NCBI GenBank assembly: GCA_028534125.1 | Contig: CM052839.1 | Coordinates: 10,726,001 to 10,790,000 of the forward strand | Source of the DNA: Lama glama | Lineage: Eukaryota | DNA length: 64,000 nt | Direction of reading: 5' to 3' | In this document: positions 27,068-37,295 of the stretch, piece by piece | Layout: the number at the start of each line of letters is the position of its first letter | Position numbering within the stretch: the first letter of the stretch is position 1 | The notes under the pieces: generated by a model | What the model saw: only the letters and a program-made list of their open reading frames with translations | Database searches by the model: none | Told to the model about the DNA's origin: nothing | Position numbers and translations under genes: made by a program

Positions 27068-28570
27068 CTAATTCAGCTGACACAGTCTGCTGTGTCCCCA
27101 TCCTCCAGTGTAAGAGAGTCCACTTTGGATCAGTCTTAAGAAAAGGTCAAATTAATGCCACCCTTCTTGGGGGCAGTTTTTCAATAAGCTTCAAAAACCA
27201 TGAAAACTGTCTTGCTGTTTGACTGACTGTTTACCTCTAGGAACTCATTCTATGGACGTAATTAGAGATGAAAACTCAAATTATCTATATAGCAATATTT
27301 ATAACTGGACAATGTTGGAAGCTACCTAAATACCCAACAGTAGGCTATTGCAGACAAGGAACTTATTCTAGACAGTGAATATTGTCCCATCATTGGAAAC
27401 ACAGTTTAGCAGATTACTCAGTGGCACAGGGGAATAATCACAGTATATTGCTGAATCGAGGTGGTTTCAAAATACTCTGTTCAGTATATCATGTGACCCA
27501 ATTTTGAAAATATACAGAATAGAAATATACTGAATTTTAAGATGTGGTCATGTATATACACATAAATATATGCTTATACAAATACAGAGAGAAACTAGAA
27601 AAAGTCTGAAAGGGCTTATAACTAATGTCAATAGTGTTTATGGCTAGATAGTAGAATTGTAGTTTTTTCCGTATTTTATGCATTTTGTCCAGAGACTAGC
27701 TATTATTTTTAAGATGAGAAAAGGAAAAGGAATAGGACTTATTTTTATAAAGAATGTAGGTGCCTTACCTAGGCTGTTTACATAGTGCTGTGGAGAATTC
27801 AAGGCAACATTGGCAGTCGGTCCCGGAGGAGGGGCCGTGAACAGTGCCATGGAAGAGGAGCCTTTGAGGAAGGCCTGGAGGGGTAGGACCAGTGAGCTTT
27901 TCTGGAGAACGTGGTCGAAGGACAGGGCCTACGAATACTTCCCCCTTGTCGGGGCAGGAAAATGGGTCCTAGAGAAGCTGCAAAGAGAAGACTCCAGAAG
28001 CCAAGAAAGTGGGTGTCTTGTAGGTTGACACGAAGGACCCACAAATACTCATTACAGGGACATCAACATCTAGGGGGGATAAAGCGGGAGCGAGGGAGCT
28101 CCGCCGGGGCTCTCTGTTCTGCTGACTTTAATTTTGTTTCCACTTGTCCTCTAGTCTTCCCTGAATTCTTTTGTTTCTAATTGTATGCTTTCTACTTTTC
28201 TTTTTCCTGTGCCCACTTTCTTGTCTAAAAGCACAAATAGGTGAGGCCCAGTGAAGTAGGGGAGGTGTGGCAGAGGCAGGCTTGGCTGGGGCTGTAGGGG
28301 AAGCCCGGGCCCCTCCCCATTGCCGTCCCAGCCCGCTCCAGTCCTGCCCAGCACTGCTCCACTGGAAGCTTTACCTTAAATCAAAGCAGGGCGACTTCAG
28401 TCCACTCTCGGGCAAGAGGCGAGGCCAAGTCTGAGGACAGTTTAACCCAGTTTCCCACAGCTCAGCCCTGACGTGCCTGCAAGGAGGGCTCCAGGTCCCA
28501 CTGGGACCATTAGGCGTGCTCCTCCCGGGGGAGGCTGATCCAAGCCCTGTGCCCCTGCTTCCTCCCCCAG

Positions 28571-28733
28571 CTGCCACATCAGCCGCATCTTGGAGGCCCC
28601 AAGGGGGAACGCTCTGCTGGTTGGTGTCGGGGGCAGCGGCAAGCAGAGTCTGACGAGGCTCGCGGCTTTCATCAGCTCCATGGACGTCTTCCAGATCACG
28701 CTGCGGAAGGGCTACCAGATTCCTGACTTCAAG
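28571..28733 (+). CDS. DNAH9: DNAH9 exon (8th), AAA4 Walker A
   Basis: cccccag|C TGC ... AAG|gtggga; 163 nt; [22 protein letters not shown]. Confidence 0.96.
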
Positions 28734-29537
28734 GTGGGAGAGCCGGGCGGCTTCGGGGAGGAGACCCTGCCTCCTCAGCTACCCACGACCCCCATCACCC
28801 CTCATTAGCTCCTCAGTTCCCTCGCCCAGAACCTTTCCTTCACTGTCTGTCCATCTTCTTCTTAGGCCCTGGGCTGGTGACAGGAGGGCCCTTTTCTCTG
28901 CAGGCCCTGCCTGTGAGCACCAGCCTTCCCAGGGTCTGCACTTGTGAGACCCCAGCTGCTCTAGTGCATCTGCCACGCCTCAGCTCCCACCCACATCCGC
29001 ATCACATTCAGGACATTTCTCCCCACAGCCCTGACAGGCAGGAGGAAGGCTGACAGTCTGCCCAAGTTTTAGAAGAAATTGGTATTTTAAAAGACAGGTG
29101 TAGTAACCACCAGCCGCTGGGACCTTCAGCGACATGTGGTTTCAGACGTCAGGCACTTAGGAGCCACAGGGCACACCTGGAAGGTAGAGAAAGGCATTAC
29201 ATTAGACCTTCAGAGGTCACTTTGTCTGGCCCCCTCCCTTTGACCGATGGCCACAGTAGAGGCACAGGAGGGCATCATGATGTAATCTCCATCAGTATGC
29301 TGCCCTCGCTGTCCCTGGAAGAGTCCCAGCCAGCCCTGAGCTGGAGCTGCCCACCCATCTCCATAATCTCTTAGCCAGTGGTGCTCACTGCTGGTCTGAA
29401 GCCACAGCTCAGCCTCTCATGGTTGGCTGGATCTAAGGTCATACTCCAGGTTCACATCAGGTCAGTCTTTAGTGCTTCCATAAAAGAGAAGACAGATCAT
29501 GCTTGTAAGAATTATGCATTTACAGAATGATCTAAGA

Positions 29538-29693
29538 CAGTGGGTCTCAACCTTGGCTATCTACTGGAATCCACTTCAAACAATGCTGATGCCTGCACCC
29601 CATACCCAGAAATCATGACTTAACCAGTCTGGGGAGTGGCCTGGGCCTCAGGACGTATCCCCCAAGTGATTCTAATGAGAACTGAGAAGCACT
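29538..29693. mobile_element. MER5-like hAT-Charlie MITE
   Basis: cagtgggtctcaa ... tgagaagcactg inverted ends; gtgattctaatg core. Confidence 0.65.
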
Positions 29694-30557
29694 GTCTTAG
29701 CTAATTTTCTAAGTGCATAGGCTAAGAACCACTGATCTAAAAGGAGCCTTATTAACCTCAAAGGGGAATTATTTAGACACGAAGGAAGCTCTGCTGTAAG
29801 GAAACGTATGAGGCTGGTAGAGAATGAGCTTTGGGTCATGTGAGGGGGAGACACGAGTAAGGTGAGGGGCTGATGGCTGAGCTCTGGGAAAGGGATACAT
29901 CAAAGGAACCGAGGCTGAGGAAGCTGGAAAAATTAAAGGCTTGGCATCCTGACCCCAAACTTCATCTACCTACAGTTTCGAATGGATGTAATTTCCTCCC
30001 AAATGATCGTGTGTGTGTGTGGTGTGTGTGTTCCCCAGTATATTTTTTTAACAACACAATCTTTTGCTGGAGCTTGTCATGAGAACACAAGACTCTGCTA
30101 CATAAGATATAGTCATCCCCAGGCCGGCAGGCCCAGCTACATGACTCTTCTGTCAAGACCAAGAGTAACTGCTTGCTTCCTGGGGCAAGTCATTCACTCG
30201 TATGAAGATATAAATAACATAGACTAACAGGGGACCCTCTCTGGCCTTTGGAAAGCGAGTACCTCTTTGCACAAAGCAGGAGCTCTGGAAGCTAACTCGG
30301 GAGCCACAGTGGTTGTGTGAATTAAAGACCATCACCATTTAATTCTACTTGCCCACCTCTGTTGGGATCAAGGCCTGGGAAGGAGGCATGTTTTCCCACC
30401 TTTCAGCACAAGATAGCACTCCTCCTAACCTCTCATTGCCGTGTGGCTTCATTTTCCATGAAAGTCGACGAGAAAATGGTCCCACTCCTAAAGAGGGGTT
30501 GGAAATCTCTTACCAAGAAGGCCCTCTTCTTGGAGACCTCTGCTGTTGTTTCTGCAG

Positions 30558-30681
30558 GCGGACCTGGCCAGCTTGTGCCTGAAAACCGGGGTGAAGAATG
30601 TCAGCACCGTGTTTCTCATGACTGATGCCCAGGTGGCTGATGAGAAGTTTCTTGTGCTCATCAATGACCTCTTGGCATCTG
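30558..30681 (+). CDS. DNAH9: DNAH9 exon (9th), AAA4; its frame is absent from the supplied ORF track
   Basis: tctgcag|GCG ... TCTG|gtaaga; 124 nt; manual translation [41 protein letters not shown](G). Confidence 0.95.
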
Positions 30682-31344
30682 GTAAGAGACTCTCTGCACT
30701 TGAATGTCTCCAATAAATTCCTGGTGGAGTCAGAGTCATTCCAAAGTGGAGACTCGGCTCAGGGTCAGAAGAGCAAAGCGGTAGAAATGAGGGTTAAAAC
30801 ATAACAGCAGAGAACTGGTTCATCAGTATTTCAGGCAGACTAGGTTGTAGCAGTGAGATACACACACAGAGACCGTGTACACACAGCACTTACATGATAG
30901 GTCAAGATTAGGTTGCCGATTTAATTAATCAAGGACTCAGAACTTTATGGGAGCAAAGTAGAAGCAGGAACATTTGTAGAATGGTTTTTCTTAGTTTATA
31001 AAGAACTTGACAAGGGCTATCTCACCTTCCCTGTGACTCTATCAGTGCAAGACAGAACTTCAGTGGAAAGTTCAGTTCTTGATACTTTGCTGTCCTTACT
31101 TATTTAGGGATTCAGGACTTACGTCAATCATTCTAGGGGAAAAAAATTATGTATACACACATATATACATATGTGTATATACAAACATATACAAGATGTG
31201 TATAAATATATATGCCCAAGAAGATAAGAAAAAATCATGCATAAGTTATGCATTTTCAAAAATTAGAGATGTGTGTGTATATATTTACATTAACTATAAG
31301 AAGAATATAATTTCCTGACTCTTAATCCAAGTTTAGCATCTACA

Positions 31345-32396
31345 GAACCCCCTCGGAGAAGCAGCTCTCTGTAGGACATGTCCTGTGCGTCCCTGCAGTG
31401 CACTTGTCACCCAGGGGCCAGGGGCCAGGGGCCAGCTGGTCCCATGGGAGTGTCTGGCCTGCATTTGTGGACTCATTCCACAGGCTGTGGGATTATTGCT
31501 TTCTTGCGTCTGGTGTCTGCCCCATGGGTAAGCCTGGCCTAGAGGTTTGTGCAGGCTTCCTGGTGGGAGGGGCCGGTGCCCGCCCACGGGTGAGTGGAAC
31601 TGGGTGCTGGCCCTCCGGTCTAGGGGTGTGTCTGGAGGTGGCTATAGGCTCAGAAAGTCTTTAGGCAGCCTGCCTGCTGATGGCTGGGGCTGAGTTCCCA
31701 CCTGGTTAGTTGTTTGGCCTGAATTATCCCAGCACCGGAGCCTCCAGGCTATTGGGCGGGGCCAGATCTTGGTGCTAATGACCCAAGCAAAATGTCAGCC
31801 TCCAGGAAAGCTCATGTAGATGAACACTCCCCAGATGTTTGCTGCCAGCTTTTCTGTTCCCAGGATGAGCCACAGCCACCCCCACCTCCGCAGGGGACCC
31901 TCCAAGACCAGCAGGCAGGCCTGGCCCAGGCTCCTGTGAAATCACTGCCTCTGCCGCTCCCCTGGTGCATGTGAGAGTCAGTGCGCTCTTTTTAAGAGTA
32001 AATTCTCTGTTTCCCCAGTCCTGTGGGGCTCCTGCAATTAAGCTGGCCTTCAAAGCCAAATGCTCTGGGGGTTCCTCCTCCCAATGCCAGACGGCCAGGC
32101 TGGGGAGCCTGACGTGGGCTCAGAGCGCTCACTCCTGTGGGAGGGCCTCTGCAATACGATTATTCTCCAGTGTGTGGGTCGCCCACCCCGGGAAGTGTAG
32201 GGCCCGATTACATTGCTAGTGTGCCCTTCCTGCCATCCTGCTGTGGTTCCCTCTTTTTGTCTCCAGTTGTAGAAGGTCTTTTTGGTAAGTTCCAGTCTTT
32301 TTTATCGATGGTTGTTCAGCAGTCAGTTGTGGTTTTGTTGTGTTCATGAGAGGAGGTGAGCTCAAGGTCCTACTATTCTGCCATCTTGACAACATA
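31345..32396 (-). mobile_element. L1 5'-end/5'UTR fragment inserted into the viral-like element
   Basis: Minus strand starts CAAGATGGCAGAATAGTAGG (L1 5' terminus motif); GC-rich 5'UTR-like body; exact 13-bp TSD tttagcatctaca at 31332-31344 and 32397-32409. Confidence 0.8.
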
Positions 32397-32409
32397 TTTA
32401 GCATCTACA

Positions 32410-35310
32410 TAACCACTTCTTTATCTGGGTTAATAAAATAGTGCACAAATGTTCTGAACAAAATTTCTGTCTCCAGATTTCCAGCATTTCAGAAAGCCCC
32501 TTTCTGCACAGTCCACCTCCTGGCTCTCTGACTGAATGGTCTTTAGTTTATAAAGTCCGAGGACCACAATCACAATGTACTTCTCCATAGTCTGTTCCCT
32601 GTCATATAAAATATATTTCAGGATGCTCCTCCCTAGGAACTTCACTGCTTCAGAGTCACTGACTGCTTCGAATTTCATGCCCATGTACCCTAGGCCATTT
32701 TACTATCATCCGTGAAGCGCCGCTGGTCCCTGGTCCAGACCATGCACTAGCAGGCTCTGTGAGCAAGCTTTAGCTTCTTTCTGATGAGGACCAGAGTCCC
32801 AGGTTGCAGTGCTGGCTCCAACCATTGCACTGAGCCTGTACTCTCATTCTTTCCCAGCCTGCCCTATTTCTGTTAGCTTTATGTGCAGGAGTTTGCCTAC
32901 TAACTCTCACACCTTTTCTCCTCAATCCAGTAAATTGTCCTTTTCCTAAATACTGTCTTTGTTATACCCCACCACCTTCCACAGCATTATTTCACCTACA
33001 ACACTGCCTCACCTTTTATTATTTTACCAAATAATGAGAAAGAGGTTCAACTTCGCTCTTGCCCTGAAGCTATGTCCTGAAGTCTAATTTCTAAAACAAT
33101 CAAAAAAGGTAAAATTGTGTTTCCAAAGACTTAAAGCTTTGGAGATGCCAGGCGTGTTGCCAGCCTCACCATGCATCTCATCTGACTCCAGTCCAGCCAG
33201 GTCACCTTCTCCTAAAATAATGTCTGAGACACAGTAGATGTTACAATTTTACCAATTGAAATTTTGTTCCTCAATGAAGTATTTTTAATTTTTAATTTGG
33301 AAGACAACTTTTTTCAAGTTCAGATGAATTTCTGAAGCCCTGCCCAGTGAAAACTTAATGCAGTCAGTCTGCTCCAAAGTCATGGAGTTTCAAGCTCATA
33401 TTTCTCTTTTAAGCCTTCCATATAAAAACAAGATTTACATATACATGTTAAAATGGAGATACAACTGAAAATAATACTTTTCTAATCTTCTTCCCTTTTT
33501 TCTTAACCAGGGGGAATTGAGCATATCTCAGTTCTGATTTTCCCTGTCAGATAATTTCTGGCTAGAAATTAACTGACTGTCAGTCCAGGCAGAGCTGTAA
33601 AGATTCCTCAGAACATCCACATCCCCTTAGGTTTTCAAGTTTATGCGGTTGTGCAGTCACTCCCTTCTTGGATCACACAGTGGAGATTAGGAAACTATAC
33701 GTTGGGGTACCTTGCTGTTAACTCAGCCCTCTGTAGTTATCTACAAATCCTGTTAGGTTGGAGGTAAGGTACAGTGAGTGAGTTCCACTTATTCAGCACT
33801 CCCCCAAAAACATATTCCTCAGTGACCTGATGATCTCATGCCGTAGGCTGTCTGGTTTCCTCCCATGCTTCTTTAGCTCACAGTTTCATCCCTTGGTTTC
33901 CTGACACCATTTCCAAAACTAGACAGTGCCTGTCAGAATCCCACTTCGGACACCAACCAAACATTTCAGAAACCATCATTATACCACTTGCATCTCAGGT
34001 TGATTGGAGGTTGACAGTAAGCAATCCTATACACAAAGCTTAAATTAAATTCCTGGTTCAGTTAGCAAAAGCTGCCTAATTGTGTAAGAAGCAAGGTGGC
34101 CACACAGATCAGAGCCAGTGAAGCATATCTTTCAGTCACTGTCTTTGGCTGCCAGAGTCCTTAATGGGGATCATGAAGCTGCTAGTGAAACTATATATGA
34201 AGTGTTGGCTCCGTGAATTTAAAGAGTTCAATTCTTGTCATGTCCTTGTTGCCCTGTGTAATAATTCCTGAACAACATACACTTGGCCATCAAACCCAGG
34301 CATTGAAAAAATTCTTACAAAGTTTGTCCTCTTTTGGTCCTTGAACCAAACTCAGCAAGGCCCCATCCTAATATATTCTCCTATGGGGAGAAAATAGAAT
34401 CCTTTTCTGGCTTTTTGGTGTCACACACCTGCCTCCAGGTTTCCAGCATCCCAGAATGCCCATTTTACTGGAGTCCCAACTAAGAAGACCTGGTCTGCTC
34501 CAGATGTGGTGTCTTTCCTCTCCTTGCTCTGCCAGATGTCATACTTCATTTTACACTGGAATCTCATTTTAGTATTTCTCTTTTGCTTTTCAAAAGGCTT
34601 AATTATTCATTCCAAAATTAATATTTGTCTTCCCTGGTCCAGACTAGATCACTTTGCATCTATTCGTATACTCAAAACTATTTATAAAGCTTTTATGTTC
34701 CAGTCGGCAGGTGCTGTGCTCAACATGAATATCTTACAGCCTCTGTGTGGTCTACTAGAATAATTTATAACAAATTGAGCCCCCTCCCTGGTAGAGTCAT
34801 CTGCCTCTCCATCTTTTAAACAGGCAGTCTCCTTGAATACTTGGATCAAATCTCCTCTTTGTATGTAGAACATGAAGAGATCACCTCATCTTCCAGGTGC
34901 TTTAGGATTAGATACAGAATTAATACGTTCATGGTCTGTGTATATCACATGAGCATGTGGAGTTTGGAAATATTTGTAACGGTCTTGGCATTGGATTGTT
35001 CTTCTCCCATGAGCACCTGGAACTGCACTTCCTCATGGGCCAACTCTGCTTTACATAAGTTGTATTCTGGCCCAATTTCCCTGAAAGGAAAAAAAGACAA
35101 CGTGTGGGGGGAAAAGAGAAGCCATCAAGCATGCACCACATCTCCTAAGCATACTTTGTGGTCTCAGTGGATCTGTTCACCAGATGTGTCCCCAAACCAT
35201 AGACCATGGAAATTTAAACTGGCACATGGTTGGTTCTCCAGCTGCCAAGCAGAAATGTCCAAAGGGTAATGTAAAAAGATGCTTGAGTAACGAGCCTTTC
35301 TTTTCTTCAT
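32410..35310 (-). pseudogene. Decayed ORF: PB1 C-terminal-like region followed by PB2-like region; stop-riddled, at least 3 frameshifts; probably continues past the L1 to about 30991
   Basis: Manual translation: first ATG 35310 (MKKRKAR); GPEYNL..EV..LMGEE (35073-34999), HERINSVSN (34933), RIDAK (34666), SGADQV (34504), QST*DASGIMMV (34006), YVFGG (33814), IQEG (33673), KGVRVSR (32916), YMGMKFE (32687), SGDRNFVQNICALFY (to 32433). Confidence 0.7.
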
Positions 35311-36982
35311 GTGGTGCTAAATTCTCGCACAGGTTGCCTGTCTCTGTGTTTCTCCTACACTGCTAACCTCTCCCTCACTACCTATATCCAGCAGAAAATC
35401 AGTCACCATCAATTTTACCCCGAATTATTTCTGAATCCATATCTTCTCTGGCATGGCTCCCACTGATCTTTTCATCTTTTGCTTCAACAAATGCAGACAC
35501 TTCTTAACTCATCTGCCTTCTTCCCAGGGGCAGTCTCCCTCTCCAGTCCACTCTCCTCACTGCTTCCAAAAAGGTCTGTCTAAGCTAGAATTCCTTCATT
35601 AGTTCCTAACTGACTGCAGGATAAGCTCTTTTGTACAGGAAAAAAACAAAAAACGAAAAACAAAAAAAAAAACTGCCTTTTCCTGTCTCCTTACTAGCTC
35701 CCCTCCCCCAGTATGATCTTGTAATCCCTACCTCTGTGAGGTAACACACTGCTGTTTTCTGACGTCTTTTCTGCCCCCACTGCTCCTTTGAACCTCATGC
35801 CCTTCTCTTTCTTTGTCTGGATTAACTTCTACCCACATTACGAGACTTACCTTGGGTGTTCTCTCTCTGGGAGGTCTTGGCTAATATACCGTCACCTCGA
35901 GGAATGAGAAACATCCCTCTGCATTCCCCTAGCACTCGGTGGTTGCACACACCACCATGGTGTTGAAACAGCAGTGTAAACTTATGAAAGGCACAGACTG
36001 TGTTGCCTGCTGTTGGTTTTTTTTGTTGAGATATAATCCAGAGGTACTGAAAGTAAGGATTCAATACCTACTGCCCAGCTTAGGAAATAAAACGACACTG
36101 ATGTAATTATAACCCTCTGTAGGGACTGTGTTGTGTTCGTCATTTACATTGTCAGCACTGAACACATCTCCTGGCCCATAAGTAGCCTTCAGGAGGTATT
36201 TGTTGGACTAAGGAGTGTAATACAATGAGGATGATGGGCCATCGTGCGTATTAGCTATCACTGCTGGATGTGGGATCTGAGAGAGTGTCCAGCTGTGCAC
36301 AGAGAGCAGCAGGGTACTGATGTAGTTACCACACTCCTTTCTTCTCCTTTGAGACCAGAAAAGTGTTTTTGAAAAATCTTACTCCTAGGTGGGGTCACAT
36401 CCCCTAAGCCAGTGTGAAGCTGACATTTCATGGAGAATAACCCTCAGCTTTCCCCATTTTATCACCAAGCTCCGACAAACTGAACCATTGTAAACTAACT
36501 ATCAGACTCTCTTCCCCCCAAGCAGCCATGGCCTCTGAGAGCCCCGGACTACACAGAGAAGATGGTGATTAGTCTGACTTGCCAGCTATTAGGACAAGTT
36601 ATTGACCACATGAAGCCTTTCAGCACCTGGAGTTAGAAATAGGGTTCTCCAGCTTTGGGTCTCAGGAGGAAACTTTTCAGATATTTAAATAGCCTCTGCC
36701 TCTGTTCACATCACAGAACCCCCTCTGGTGGATCAGTCTCCTGCTTTCAGCGTGACTACCTGCATCGCACAGTAAGCGACAGGAATGTTGTCAGGAGGAA
36801 CTGGAGGAACAAACCTGAAAATGCAGGCTTTGCTCCCAGTTCAGAGGTGCTCGGTTCCATCTGGTGATCTCCTTAAGGGTTCCTGGGAGTCTTGTGACAA
36901 ATCCACCATTGTAAGAACATGGGAAAAGGCTTTAAGTGACCTGGGTGTTTTCAATACCTTGGCACTTAAAGGGATCACATAA

Positions 36983-37295
36983 GCCAGACTCAGCACACTT
37001 TTTCTATAAACGGTCAGAAAGCAAATATTTCCAGCTTTGATGACCACACAGTTCCTGTCACAGCTACTCAGCTCTGTCACTGTATTGGGAAAAAAGCCAT
37101 AAACGATATCTGAATGAATAAGTGTGGCTGTGACCAATAAAACTTTATTTATGGACAGTAAAATTTGAACGTCATATAATTTGCACATGTCATTAAATAT
37201 TATTATTTTAATTTTCCCAACCATTAAAAATTGTAAAAAGCTGGCAGGCAGAGGCTGAGGGCCAGGTTTAGCCTAGAGATCATAGTTTGTCTCCT
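36983..37295. mobile_element. MER58-like hAT-Charlie MITE
   Basis: ctactcagctctg...gtgtggctgtgaccaataaaactttatttatggac core. Confidence 0.75.

Larger units (their letters stand above)
30842..35369 (-). other. Candidate endogenous viral element from an orthomyxovirus-like (Articulavirales) polymerase segment
   Basis: Imperfect complementary ends (TAGCAGTG 30848-30855 / CACTGCTA 35358-35365, plus further paired blocks); internal decayed minus-strand frame with ordered PB1-C-like and PB2-like motifs; I do not recognise it as a common mammalian repeat. Confidence 0.72.

Noticed and set aside
35075-35110. Minus-strand splice acceptor (ttttttcctttcag) implying an intron or antisense gene
   Set aside because: PB1-like motifs continue in the same frame on both sides and no partner donor is evident.
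32410-35300. ERVL/MaLR internal region (VKFLG resembles an RT motif)
   Set aside because: No direct LTRs flank it and no other RT, gag or integrase motifs appear; the neighbouring YMGMKFE fits PB2.
30842-35369. DNA transposon (hAT, Ginger, Academ) or Polinton suggested by the inverted ends and the GFDGQ motif
   Set aside because: No TSD and no DDE-transposase, integrase or further polB motifs found; the many colinear PB1/PB2-like motifs explain the frame better. Not formally excluded without a search.
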